Below, one piece after another: positions 8,994 to 18,127 of a DNA stretch of 33,253 nucleotides; positions within the stretch are counted from its first letter, which is position 1, and every line of letters starts with the position of its first letter. The position numbers and the translations under genes are program-made. Source of the stretch: Bdellovibrio sp. GTDB taxonomy: Bacteria; Bdellovibrionota; Bdellovibrionia; Bdellovibrionales; Bdellovibrionaceae. The stretch covers positions 1 to 33,253 of the forward strand of contig JBKCUU010000057.1 of the NCBI GenBank assembly GCA_046318155.1, read 5' to 3'. Below the pieces are notes generated by a model that searched no databases, was not told the DNA's origin, and saw only the letters and a list, made by a program, of their open reading frames with translations.

Positions 8994-9016
8994 AATGAAA
9001 GGCATACAAATCCTGT

Positions 9017-9673
9017 ATGCCAAAAAAAATCGCAGTCGTCCTTTCAGGTTGTGGAAACAAAGATGGCACCGAAATCACCGAGGCCGTCAGTCTCATGATC
9101 GCACTCAGCCAGCAGGGCGCGACCGTCCAATACTTTGCTCCCAACCAAGAGTTCCCGGCACAAAATTTTTTGACTGACCTAACTTTGCCAGCAAAACGCA
9201 ACGCCCTAGTTGAGTCCGCGCGCATCACGCGCAGCCAAATCAAAGATCTGGCGACTCTCGATCCCCAAGACTTTGATGGCATTGCGCTCCCCGGCGGATT
9301 TGGTGCAGCCATGAACTTGTCGACGTGGGCGCAAAAAGGCGCGGCCTGCACCGTCAATGCTGACCTTGAGAAAGCGCTACATGCTTTTTATAGGACGAGC
9401 AAACCGATCGCGGCGATCTGCATTGCCCCCGCTTTGATCGCACGTGTTTTGGGCTCAAAAAAAATTACGCTGACGGTCGGCGCTGACTCTGAAGCCGCTC
9501 TCGAGATTAAAAAAACGGGTGCCATTCATGAGGCTTGCCCGGTCGATGATTTTATCACCGATCGCCTTCATAAAATTATTTCAACACCGGCGTACATGTA
9601 TGATGCCGCAACCCCCGCCCAAGTTTTTAGAGGCGTTTCAGGTCTAGCAAAAGAACTTGTCGAGATGGCTTAG
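9017..9673 (+). CDS. elbB: ElbB/ES1 glyoxalase (DJ-1/PfpI family)
   Basis: VVLSGCGNKDGTEITE, ESARITR, PGGFGAAMNL, ICIAP, STPAYM. Confidence 0.9.
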   Translation: MPKKIAVVLSGCGNKDGTEITEAVSLMIALSQQGATVQYFAPNQEFPAQNFLTDLTLPAKRNALVESARITRSQIKDLATLDPQDFDGIALPGGFGAAMNLSTWAQKGAACTVNADLEKALHAFYRTSKPIAAICIAPALIARVLGSKKITLTVGADSEAALEIKKTGAIHEACPVDDFITDRLHKIISTPAYMYDAATPAQVFRGVSGLAKELVEMA

Positions 9674-9743
9674 AACTCTTCTTTAGTCTGTGAATGACTC
9701 TTGCAATCTAGTTGGAGGTGGCACCAACTAGAGGAGAGCCTTC

Positions 9744-9950
9744 ATGCAGCTTGGAAAAATTCATTACTTTGAAAAAGTCGAGACACCACAGCACCGCGAG
9801 TTTATCAATGCGCAAAACCACTGCATCTTGTGTAGCAACGTGCTGGAGCTCCGACACGTACGGGTCGACCAAACCAAAGAAATCAAAGAAGAAGCGCATT
9901 GCCCACAGTGTGACCTGCGCACGCGCGCCAAAACTTATTGCGTCCAGTAG
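9744..9950 (+). CDS. Small zinc-ribbon-like protein
   Basis: CILC...CPQC; SD AGGAG. Confidence 0.6.
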   Translation: MQLGKIHYFEKVETPQHREFINAQNHCILCSNVLELRHVRVDQTKEIKEEAHCPQCDLRTRAKTYCVQ

Positions 9951-10002
9951 TCGTTTTTTGACTCAGGCCCGTCAAAGAACCCGCACTTTTTGAAATGTGT
10001 CA

Positions 10003-10026
10003 AAAAATAAGGCCCCTTCGGGGCTT
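10003..10026 (-). terminator. Intrinsic terminator after the ALDH-like gene
   Basis: Minus strand AAGCCCC-GAA-GGGGCCTT followed by ATTTTTT. Confidence 0.55.
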
Positions 10027-11231
10027 CAAAGGTTCATTCGGTCCGAATAAAAGAAGCCATTCCAGCGGGGATCTAATGTTCCCGCAAAACTTGATTTCAA
10101 ACCTTGGTTCCAAGTCTCGAGTGCTCCGATCCAGGAGCGCCGAAAAACCTGCGCCGTTTCTAATTTTGGCAGCAGCTTGTCGATCTTTTCATCTGAACCC
10201 CAGACCTGAAGCCCCAAAGCATTGGGTAAGTTATTGATCCACTTCGCCGCATCGAAAGCGTACTTAATCGAAATGAGAAAGAGCACGGGGGTTTCGAGTT
10301 CGAGTTGATGGTACTCTGAGCAATTCGAAACGTTTTCGAGTGCCGTCACGGGAGCGCCTTCAGCCAAATCTCGGGCTTGCTCAGAGGTCAGGGCTCGCAG
10401 CAGGGCGCTTTTTTTTTGCTGAGCTGAATCCGTGACTTGCATTCTTTGAGCGAGCAATTTGTTCTGTAGGATTTTTTTAAACTCAGACTCAATGGCCTCA
10501 AGGACAATCACCCGCGAGACATTCCAAGACAAGGTTCCTTGCCCCTCGCTCACCGCTTTAATGATGCCGTCGGCGGCTTCTTCAAGATCGGCATCGGCCA
10601 AGACCAGAGCCGAGGTCTTGCCAGAGCGAAAAACTTGCCACTTCTTATCGAGCCAAGAGACTCCAGCCAGCGCTTTTTCTATAGTTTCATCTGTTCCTAA
10701 AACTGTAATCAATCGGACGCCAGGATGCCCCAAAAACAACGGGAGCGCCTCGTACTGATCATCATTCATGGCTTGAAATGAGCCTTGCGGAAAGCCGGCC
10801 AGCAGCACCATTTGCTCAATCAAGCGCATCAGATCTGCTTGCGTGCGTTGGTGACAGCAGAAGACAGCGTTTCCGGCTGCGAGACTGGCACCAAAAACTT
10901 CGATCATCGCAGGCAAGGGAGTGCGGTGACTGACAAGAACTGTATGCAGGCCCGAAGCCCGCCGCTTGGATGACTCCGAGTCCTCGTCCATGAGACGAAC
11001 GGTTCGGTCCAAGGTCTCGGCTGCTTTTGAAATCAGCGTCGTTTGATAAAACTCACGTGAGTAGACACAGGCCGCCGGATCTTTGGCGTAAAACTCAACG
11101 GCACTCTCAGAAAACTTCAGCGCCAGGTTTGAAAGCCACTCCCTGCGCTGGGCATCTGTTGGGAGCTCATTTTGAACGAGGTATTTTTTGCCGACCTGCA
11201 GTTTTTGAAGAAATTCGGGAATCACAGACAT
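10026..11231 (-). CDS. Aldehyde dehydrogenase-fold protein, degenerate
   Basis: ASLAAGNAV, AGFPQG, HPGVRLITVLG, GKTSALVLADADLEEAA, SRVIV; catalytic residues not evident. Confidence 0.75.
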   Translation of the reverse strand: MSVIPEFLQKLQVGKKYLVQNELPTDAQRREWLSNLALKFSESAVEFYAKDPAACVYSREFYQTTLISKAAETLDRTVRLMDEDSESSKRRASGLHTVLVSHRTPLPAMIEVFGASLAAGNAVFCCHQRTQADLMRLIEQMVLLAGFPQGSFQAMNDDQYEALPLFLGHPGVRLITVLGTDETIEKALAGVSWLDKKWQVFRSGKTSALVLADADLEEAADGIIKAVSEGQGTLSWNVSRVIVLEAIESEFKKILQNKLLAQRMQVTDSAQQKKSALLRALTSEQARDLAEGAPVTALENVSNCSEYHQLELETPVLFLISIKYAFDAAKWINNLPNALGLQVWGSDEKIDKLLPKLETAQVFRRSWIGALETWNQGLKSSFAGTLDPRWNGFFYSDRMNL

Positions 11232-11255
11232 GTGAGGACGCTACCACAGACCCCC

Positions 11256-11291
11256 AAAAAAGTGAAAGGCGATGACTTAATGTCATCGCCC
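11256..11291 (-). terminator. Intrinsic terminator
   Basis: 9-bp stem GGCGATGAC/GTCATCGCC followed by TTTCACTTTTTT on the minus strand. Confidence 0.8.
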
Positions 11292-11430
11292 CTCGGTTTC
11301 TTGTGACGGCGGTGTGTTGGGTTTTAACCCTTCACATCGTGACGGCTATGAAGCCGCCACCTCCGCCTTGGTAATGTCACTTGTCGTCTTCACCAAGCAT
11401 CACCCCCTTTCGTGCGACATGAGTCGCAGT
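11256..11430 (-). ncRNA. Candidate small RNA / small-ORF transcript
   Basis: Sigma70-like TTGATC-N16-TATCCT (11437-11464), 5' hairpin TGCGAC-TCAT-GTCGCA, AAAGGGGGTGAT, own terminator. Confidence 0.55.
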
Positions 11431-11492
11431 TCCTCAAGGATATCCCGCACGCCCTGTTGATCAAAGAGAAATTCGATCAAATGCGGCGTCGT

Positions 11493-12149
11493 TTACTGAT
11501 TCTTTACAATTTTTATGAGCGTTGTTCCTTGTATTTCAGCATACGCAGAGACTTTTCCCGAATATCGGAAGCGCCGTTCAATGTGTAAAAGAGTTTGAGT
11601 TCCATGCGCATCATCGGTTCGCACAAGCACAAAGGCTTGGCCCCCGGGCGCCAGCACTCGGTCAATACAATTCCAAAGCTCATCTGAAGACGAGTCGATA
11701 AAAAACCGGCAGCGCGCTTTGAAATCCCCAATCGAAGTGGGCCCCTGCTGAACTTCGAAATAAGGGGGATTGCACAAGATCAAATCATAGGTGCCCAGAA
11801 CTTCGTGCGACCGCAAAGACTCATAATTGGTCTGCATCCAGCGCCACCTCGAAGACATTTCTTCGGCCTTCTTCGAGTCTGTCCGGGTGCTTGCAAAACG
11901 CCTACGGTTTTCTTCAAAGTGAGTTTGATAAACCGCCTGCACCTCGACAAAATCAAGTTCAAAGTCGGTTCCTAGAAAGCAAGACAGTTCAAAACCCATC
12001 ACGCCAACGCCAGCACACAAATCCAAGACTCGGCGAGGAGGCGTGCCTTGCTCAATCAAACCCTGCGCCACCCGCCACGCGGCCTCGATCGAGTCGAACG
12101 AGAAGTGGTACTCGTCTGGCTGTGAGTAATGAAACGTAAAGGGCTTCAA
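11493..12149 (-). CDS. SAM-dependent amino-methyltransferase (YfiC/TrmN6-like)
   Basis: VLDLCAGVG motif I and CNPPY motif IV. Confidence 0.8.
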   Translation of the reverse strand: MKPFTFHYSQPDEYHFSFDSIEAAWRVAQGLIEQGTPPRRVLDLCAGVGVMGFELSCFLGTDFELDFVEVQAVYQTHFEENRRRFASTRTDSKKAEEMSSRWRWMQTNYESLRSHEVLGTYDLILCNPPYFEVQQGPTSIGDFKARCRFFIDSSSDELWNCIDRVLAPGGQAFVLVRTDDAHGTQTLLHIERRFRYSGKVSAYAEIQGTTLIKIVKNQ

Positions 12150-12535
12150 AGGGCTTCTTGAATTTTGGCTTGAATGTCTTTCATCTCAGTCTCAGAACGC
12201 TTTGATGCTTTCGAAAAATTGAGATCCGCCATCGACCAAGCCGGGATCAAGTGAAGATGGTAATGTTGAACTTCAAATCCAATTGCAGCCGTCAAAACGC
12301 GCGAGCAACCCGTCGCAGCTTTGATGGCTCGAGCCACTCTTTGGGCGTTGAGCTGAACTTGAAGGTAGGCCGCCTCGGGGACGTCAAACCAATGATTCAC
12401 TTCTTGCTTTGGAATGACCAAGCAGTGACCCAAATGAATAGGCTCGATCGTCAAAATCGTCATGGTTAGTTCGTCTTCGTGAATTTTGTAAGAAGGGAGT
12501 TCACCGCTGATAATTTTTGTAAAAATAGACGCCAT
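12146..12535 (-). CDS. HIT family protein
   Basis: SIFTKII, GHCLVIPK, HYHLH triad. Confidence 0.92.
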   Translation of the reverse strand: MASIFTKIISGELPSYKIHEDELTMTILTIEPIHLGHCLVIPKQEVNHWFDVPEAAYLQVQLNAQRVARAIKAATGCSRVLTAAIGFEVQHYHLHLIPAWSMADLNFSKASKRSETEMKDIQAKIQEAL

Positions 12536-12536
12536 T

Positions 12537-13238
12537 CTAAAATCCCTTCATGAGCCGCTCATACACTTCATCTACATCCAAAAATGTACAGCCGTAACCT
12601 GATTTTTTTTGATCGATATCTTTGACCCACACGATGCGGGCGTTAAACTCAAACTTGACTGGCTCCGCAGCCATCAATCTGATTTCAATCTTGATTTCGT
12701 CTGTGGGTTTGAGCTGCAAAGTTTTGTCTTCGCTTTCAAAAAAAGCCCCACCGACGGACATGTTTTTCATGTAGCCCGCCACTGGGGCTCCGCCATTTTT
12801 AAGGCTAATCAAAATCGGTTGCTCGGTCAGATAACGCGGATGGATCTGCTGCTTGCCGGCCTCCCACGTCGTGGTGATATCTAAAATTGAGCGGTACAGC
12901 ATAAAACCGTCCAGCGGCGGTTTCAAAATTCGCACTTTACTAAAAATTGAAGTGAGCTGCAAAACGGTCTGAGAAATGTCCGGCGAAATCAAAATCAGTG
13001 GGAGCGAATGCGGAACATCTTTGCGCAGCTTCGAAAAAAAAGCGGCCTGAAGAAGTGCATCTTCGGGCAGCGAGATGATGAGAAGATCGATTCTAAGTTG
13101 TGACCACCAACCCGCGGTCTGTCCAAAGCTGGCTGTACTCTGAAACTCAAAATCCAAACCTTGCTCGTGATTTCGGGCGACCTCTTCAACCATCTCTTGT
13201 TCTTGGGACGAAGGAGTGATGAAGAGGACTTTTTTCAA
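12537..13238 (-). CDS. Degenerate receiver-like domain plus PilZ-domain protein
   Basis: C-terminal QIHPRY..NMSVGGAF..ARIVW..YGCTF; N-terminal REC-like alpha/beta pattern; start moved to TTG 13238. Confidence 0.7.
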   Translation of the reverse strand: MKKVLFITPSSQEQEMVEEVARNHEQGLDFEFQSTASFGQTAGWWSQLRIDLLIISLPEDALLQAAFFSKLRKDVPHSLPLILISPDISQTVLQLTSIFSKVRILKPPLDGFMLYRSILDITTTWEAGKQQIHPRYLTEQPILISLKNGGAPVAGYMKNMSVGGAFFESEDKTLQLKPTDEIKIEIRLMAAEPVKFEFNARIVWVKDIDQKKSGYGCTFLDVDEVYERLMKGF

Positions 13239-13239
13239 A

Positions 13240-14388
13240 TTAGCCCCGTTGACCCACGGGCTTCCATTGTTGATCCATTTTTCCGATCCATTTCCCACGC
13301 GGACGGTAAATGCGGTTCTTCTCGAGCTGCTCCATCGAGTGGGCGCACCAGCCGACGATACGTGAGACGGCAAAGATTGGCGTGTAAAGATCAACGGGTA
13401 TGCCCATGCTGTAGTAAACAGTCGCTGAATAAAAATCCACGTTTGGCATCAGGCCCTTTTCTTTGTTCATGGTGTCGTCAATCAAGATCGACATCTCATA
13501 CCAGTGGTGTTCACCGATTTCTTTGGTAAGCTTGTCGCTCGTCTTGCGCAAGATCGCAGCTCTGGGGTCACCATCTTTATAAACACGGTGCCCGATTCCC
13601 ATGACTTTTTCTTTTGCATTCAAAGCATCTTTAACAAACTGCTGCGCTTTTTCGATCGTGCCGATGCGCTTGAGCATGATCATGACTTGTTCGTTGGCAC
13701 CGCCATGCAGAGGGCCTTTTAACGCACCAATCGCCGACACCACGGCCGAATAGATATCGCTCAGTGATGAAGTCGTCACGCGAGTGGCGAAGGCCGAGCA
13801 ATTAAGTTCGTGGTCCGCGTGCAGAATCAAACACATATCAAAGATTTTAACGTGCTCCGCCTTGGGCTCGGCGCCGCCTTTGAGCATCGACATAAAATTC
13901 CAGGCTAACGACTTGTCTTTTTTGGGCTGAACGGGCTCTTTGCCATGGCGGATGGCTTCAAAAGCACAAACGAGGGACCCCATTTTTGCTGTCATCTTGA
14001 CAGCTTTTTTCATGTTCGCAGTCGGCGAATTGTCTTGAGCCTCAGGATCCCAATGAGCCATTAAAGAGACGGCCGTGCGAAGCCAAGCCATCGGGTGCAC
14101 TTTTTTTGTGGGCAAGGCTTTGAGGGCTGCAATAAACTCGGGCGACAGGGTTGCTTCGGTTGCCAAGTCAGTTTTCATTTTCTCGAGTTCGCTTACTGAA
14201 GGAAGACGGTCGTTCCAAAGTAAAAAAGCCGTTTCTTCAAACGTTGAATTTTGCGCGAGATCTTCGATGGTGAAACCACGGTAAGACAATGTGTTCCCTT
14301 GGATCGAAGAAATCGCCGTGGTGCACGCCACGATCCCCTCCAGACCCTTATCGATTGCTCCCTCATAAGTTTGCGCTGCCTCAGCCAT
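13240..14388 (-). CDS. gltA: Citrate synthase (short type; methylcitrate synthase not excluded)
   Basis: HADHELN, LKGPLHGGANE, GIGHRVYK, DPRA, PNVDFYS. Confidence 0.9.
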   Translation of the reverse strand: MAEAAQTYEGAIDKGLEGIVACTTAISSIQGNTLSYRGFTIEDLAQNSTFEETAFLLWNDRLPSVSELEKMKTDLATEATLSPEFIAALKALPTKKVHPMAWLRTAVSLMAHWDPEAQDNSPTANMKKAVKMTAKMGSLVCAFEAIRHGKEPVQPKKDKSLAWNFMSMLKGGAEPKAEHVKIFDMCLILHADHELNCSAFATRVTTSSLSDIYSAVVSAIGALKGPLHGGANEQVMIMLKRIGTIEKAQQFVKDALNAKEKVMGIGHRVYKDGDPRAAILRKTSDKLTKEIGEHHWYEMSILIDDTMNKEKGLMPNVDFYSATVYYSMGIPVDLYTPIFAVSRIVGWCAHSMEQLEKNRIYRPRGKWIGKMDQQWKPVGQRG

Positions 14389-14453
14389 GGTGGACGTCCT
14401 TTCATTCTTCGAATCTTATTGCCTAAATTTAAGGCGTTATCATCAGTTAATTT

Positions 14454-15344
14454 TCAACGTTTCGCAAGTTTTATCACTCGGTCTTTGACTTCCATCACGA
14501 CGACGGTTTGGTCACGAAAGGGCTCTACAAGTCCCGAGAATTTTTCGACCTGAAATAAAACTTCATTGCGCACTTCGTGAACGCCCGCTTCAGGCGCTTG
14601 CTTCAAGCAACGAAGCAGTCGGTCATGTCCAAACTCTTCGCCGTCTTTGTTTTTCGCCGACATGACACCTTGTGTGCACAGAACTATTCGATCCCGTGGT
14701 CCCATGATCAAGGATTGCTTCATGGGATTGGCGCTAAAACCTTTTGCCAGTGCCGGCGCTGTCGGCTCGATGCGTGACCACGAATCCGACTCCTCACTCT
14801 GATGAAACGCCGCAATGGGTCCACACGAAGAAAAGCTGAGTTCAAAATTGCGGCGGTCCATCACCGCATAAAAAATGTGCGCTTGGTCTTTTTCGTGAAC
14901 ATTCGGAACGATCTCTTGTGCCATTTGTTGCAAGACAATTTCTGGAGAAAGACCTTTGCGGGCCTCGATTCGTGAAGACATCTGAATCAGGACCGATAAA
15001 AACAAGGCACTCATGGCGTAACCGCTTGAGCTTGCAACCACGATTCCAAACTTGAGCTTGTCTTCGTGTTCAAAAACATCGAAGTAATCGCCGCCCGAAT
15101 CTGATCCTGCTAAAAACTTGGTGCTAAACTCGACGCCGCTGATATTCGGAATTTCGGTGGGCGACAAAACACGCTGGATCAGGGCCGCCATTTTTAGATC
15201 TTGCGACAAATCACCGATCATCGCCTCAAGCATCGCATTTGTTTTCAGCAGTTCGGCACGGTAACGGGCCAACTCTTCGTCGCGATGACGAAGCTGTTGC
15301 TGCAGGTCTTGAATTTGCTGATTGGGATTTTTTTCTGACACCAA
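14454..15344 (-). CDS. Coiled coil plus SpoIIE/RsbU-like PP2C domain
   Basis: AALIQRVL, GGDYFD, EEFGHDRL, DQTVVV. Confidence 0.8.
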   Translation of the reverse strand: MVSEKNPNQQIQDLQQQLRHRDEELARYRAELLKTNAMLEAMIGDLSQDLKMAALIQRVLSPTEIPNISGVEFSTKFLAGSDSGGDYFDVFEHEDKLKFGIVVASSSGYAMSALFLSVLIQMSSRIEARKGLSPEIVLQQMAQEIVPNVHEKDQAHIFYAVMDRRNFELSFSSCGPIAAFHQSEESDSWSRIEPTAPALAKGFSANPMKQSLIMGPRDRIVLCTQGVMSAKNKDGEEFGHDRLLRCLKQAPEAGVHEVRNEVLFQVEKFSGLVEPFRDQTVVVMEVKDRVIKLAKR

Positions 15345-15350
15345 ATGATG

Positions 15351-16370
15351 TTAGCTTCTTGATGTTCGCTTGTCTTGGAGTTCGTTTTCATCAGACCAAG
15401 GTCCTAAGCGTGCGAGCTCGGCCAGTCTTTTTTGGTGTTGCCGCAGGACCGCTGGCGGGATTTGAGCACGGGTTAAGGGATCAAGGGCGGCGTCTTGAGC
15501 TTGCAATTCTTTAAGGCGCTGGTGCGCGGTTCTTTTGAGTTCGCCCAACAAATGCCGGTCGCTCAGACTTTGCCATCGGCGAAGCCGCAAACTCCAAATC
15601 TCCGTCGTCTTGTCATCACGGACCCAAAAAAAATAAGCATGCAAAAGCGAAAGAGCAAACACGGTCTCGACGGCCGCATAAAATGCGAGGCCCAGACCAA
15701 ACTGCAAAAAGCGCAGGTCAGGATCAAAAGGTGCTCCGCCCATGATCGATTGCAAAACACCACGTGCGAGGGGTCCGGTGAAGGCCAAAAACAAAACGAC
15801 GGCCAACGCCAAGAGGGCGCGCAAAAACAAATCTTGCCGGGCGGCCCGATCTCCCGTGACCAAAAGAAACCGAAACCAAAGAGCAAGGCGCTCGGCAAAA
15901 ATCATCATCCAAGCCCCCGGAATTGACAAAATCCCTGCAAACAGAGCTGCGGGCGCCAAGATCCACATCCAACCCCCATAGCCCGTCACGAGCGCCGGCA
16001 AAAAACCAATCGCCGCACACAAAAGCAAACCTTGCCAGCGGGCCTCACCCACCAAAAAGATCAACTCAGGAGGCTCAGGGAGGCGGGCCGGCGCCCACAT
16101 CCAAGTCCAAACACCAAAGTAAGAAACGGCATGACTAAAGACGGCAAACACGACCAGCGGAACGAGCGCAGCGAGCCACGAAATGCCAAGGGACAAGAGC
16201 CAGGTCCGACGACTCTCGAATTGAATTCGCGATCGCACCAAGCGAGTCACAATAAAGTTTTCGAAGTGAACATAAAGAGGGCTGGTTAAAACAGCTTTTG
16301 GAATCAAACTATAAAAGTTTGGACTTTCCCAGATTCGGTTCAGACTCTTCTGTTGAAAAACTCGCTTCAT
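15351..16370 (-). CDS. Hypothetical membrane protein
   Basis: Long ORF in operon with several TM segments. Confidence 0.6.
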   Translation of the reverse strand: MKRVFQQKSLNRIWESPNFYSLIPKAVLTSPLYVHFENFIVTRLVRSRIQFESRRTWLLSLGISWLAALVPLVVFAVFSHAVSYFGVWTWMWAPARLPEPPELIFLVGEARWQGLLLCAAIGFLPALVTGYGGWMWILAPAALFAGILSIPGAWMMIFAERLALWFRFLLVTGDRAARQDLFLRALLALAVVLFLAFTGPLARGVLQSIMGGAPFDPDLRFLQFGLGLAFYAAVETVFALSLLHAYFFWVRDDKTTEIWSLRLRRWQSLSDRHLLGELKRTAHQRLKELQAQDAALDPLTRAQIPPAVLRQHQKRLAELARLGPWSDENELQDKRTSRS

Positions 16371-16379
16371 GCCCGTCAA

Positions 16380-17036
16380 TTATGCGCCTGAGAGCTTCGG
16401 GTTGTAAAGATCGTAGCGTATCGTGGTCCCTTCAAATCGATGCTGCACGCCCTCAAGTAAGGGCGGCTCTCTTAAAGGTCGTTTCACGACGACACGGTCC
16501 TGCGCAACACGCAAGGCTTCGCGCAAGAGGTCGGTGGCATCCGTGTCTGCTCCGACCAAAGAGCGAAATATCTGCATCTCTTTGCGTGGAAGCGCGGTCT
16601 TTTTTTTCTCAAAAGAAAACATGGGGTCCATGTAGATCACCGACGGACCCTGATTTCTCTCGAGCGTCCGCAAGTATTCAATGGCGTCCTTCGCTTGAAA
16701 TTCAAAACGAGAGGCGATCTCATGCGTTTTCTCGGCCTTGAGTGCTCGTTGCCAAGCGTCTTGGACGATTGCTGCGATCAATGGCTGACGTTCAAACGCC
16801 GTGACCGAAGCTCCAAGTCGCACCATGAACCAAGCGTCTTCGGCCAGTCCAGCCGTCAAATCCCAGACTTGAGAAAAGCCTTTTGGCAGACCAATGGCTT
16901 TGGCGATGAGTTCACTTTTTCCGCGATGGGGCCTCTGGTACCGCTGCAGATCATTGACGAAATCCAAATGTAAACGCAAACCCTCGTCGGTGATAAGTTC
17001 GGCACCTTTTTCGGTGTACTCAATTTTTGCACTCAT
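16380..17036 (-). CDS. rsmJ: 16S rRNA m2G1516 methyltransferase RsmJ-like
   Basis: DLTAGLAEDA, VIYMDPMF, RVVVKRP, IRYDLY. Confidence 0.88.
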   Translation of the reverse strand: MSAKIEYTEKGAELITDEGLRLHLDFVNDLQRYQRPHRGKSELIAKAIGLPKGFSQVWDLTAGLAEDAWFMVRLGASVTAFERQPLIAAIVQDAWQRALKAEKTHEIASRFEFQAKDAIEYLRTLERNQGPSVIYMDPMFSFEKKKTALPRKEMQIFRSLVGADTDATDLLREALRVAQDRVVVKRPLREPPLLEGVQHRFEGTTIRYDLYNPKLSGA

Positions 17037-17044
17037 GCTGGGGC

Positions 17045-18127
17045 CTAATTCAAAATCTCAATGACGAGCCAGTAAAAGAACGTTTGGAGTGTCCACAAGA
17101 TGAGCGTCAGCAATGCCGCCGTTCGGCCGAGCCTCACAACGTGAGCGACGCGTGATCCAACAGAAGACTTGAGTTTTCGCAGTGAAATCAAAAACCCAAG
17201 TGAAAAAATCAAAGGCAAGACAACAAAGCCAAGAAACCATTCGGGCGAATGGTAAATCCATTGATAAATCGCCATCACCGCGACAAAGCCAAACCACCAA
17301 AGCTCAAGCACGCGCCGGCCCCGTTCAAATCCCAAGAAGCTCATGGTGTTTTCAAAACCAACTTGCGAATTGACCACCAGACTTTCAAAATTCTTAAGCT
17401 GAACCAGAAAGACAAAGTGCCAGCCCGTCAGGCAACCAATCCACGCGGCCTCGAGGTCAAACCCAGCGCCAATCGACATCTGGTAACCAACTGTCAGAAA
17501 GGGTCCAAACAGGAGGAAGACGACAACTTCAGCTCCCCGCTTGTACTTGAGGCCGAGGCGAGGAGAGATCCAGGCCAAGAATGCAACAAAAGCGGGAACC
17601 GAAACGACGGGAAGCAGCTCAGGAAAAACCCACAGCGAGGGCACTCCCAACAAAAAACCAAAGCAGAGATAAGCAATCGCCCACGACTTGGTGGCGGCGG
17701 CAGTGACCCACCCTTTTTGAATCGCTTGGCTGCCGCTTTCGGGGTGAACCCGATCAACACCTTTGATGTGATCGTCATAATCATTCAGTAAAAAAGCGCC
17801 CAGAGCTAAGAACAGCGCACCCAGTCCCGACAGGATTGCCAGCACGGGATCAAATTCAACTTCATCAAAAGCGTTTTTCGTCAAAATCAGGTAGAGCGGA
17901 AACAAAACGAAAATAAAATTACGAAAACGAAACACCTCTCGCCACAATTTAAAAAAAGAAGGGCGCTTTATCTCGGCCAAAGGCACGATTTCAAACGTCA
18001 CCGTTTCATGAGGAGTGCTGACGTTGAGAGATTTCACCGGGAGGGCCCGGTGCGTGCGAGAAAAAGTTCCACGCAGGTAAGACAAAAACTCGGGGTCCGT
18101 TTGGGCCAGCGTTTTCAGCTCTGCCAC
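17045..18127 (-). CDS. UbiA/MenA-like prenyltransferase paralogue
   Basis: NDYDDHIKGVD motif, LKYKRGAEVVVFLLFGP, multi-TM. Confidence 0.75.
   Translation of the reverse strand: MAELKTLAQTDPEFLSYLRGTFSRTHRALPVKSLNVSTPHETVTFEIVPLAEIKRPSFFKLWREVFRFRNFIFVLFPLYLILTKNAFDEVEFDPVLAILSGLGALFLALGAFLLNDYDDHIKGVDRVHPESGSQAIQKGWVTAAATKSWAIAYLCFGFLLGVPSLWVFPELLPVVSVPAFVAFLAWISPRLGLKYKRGAEVVVFLLFGPFLTVGYQMSIGAGFDLEAAWIGCLTGWHFVFLVQLKNFESLVVNSQVGFENTMSFLGFERGRRVLELWWFGFVAVMAIYQWIYHSPEWFLGFVVLPLIFSLGFLISLRKLKSSVGSRVAHVVRLGRTAALLTLILWTLQTFFYWLVIEILN

Noticed and set aside
11256..11464. tmRNA, RNase P, SRP or tRNA
   Set aside because: Lacks their hallmark motifs (tRNA-like ends, GAGGAAAGUCC, SRP loop); 6S cannot be excluded without a covariance search
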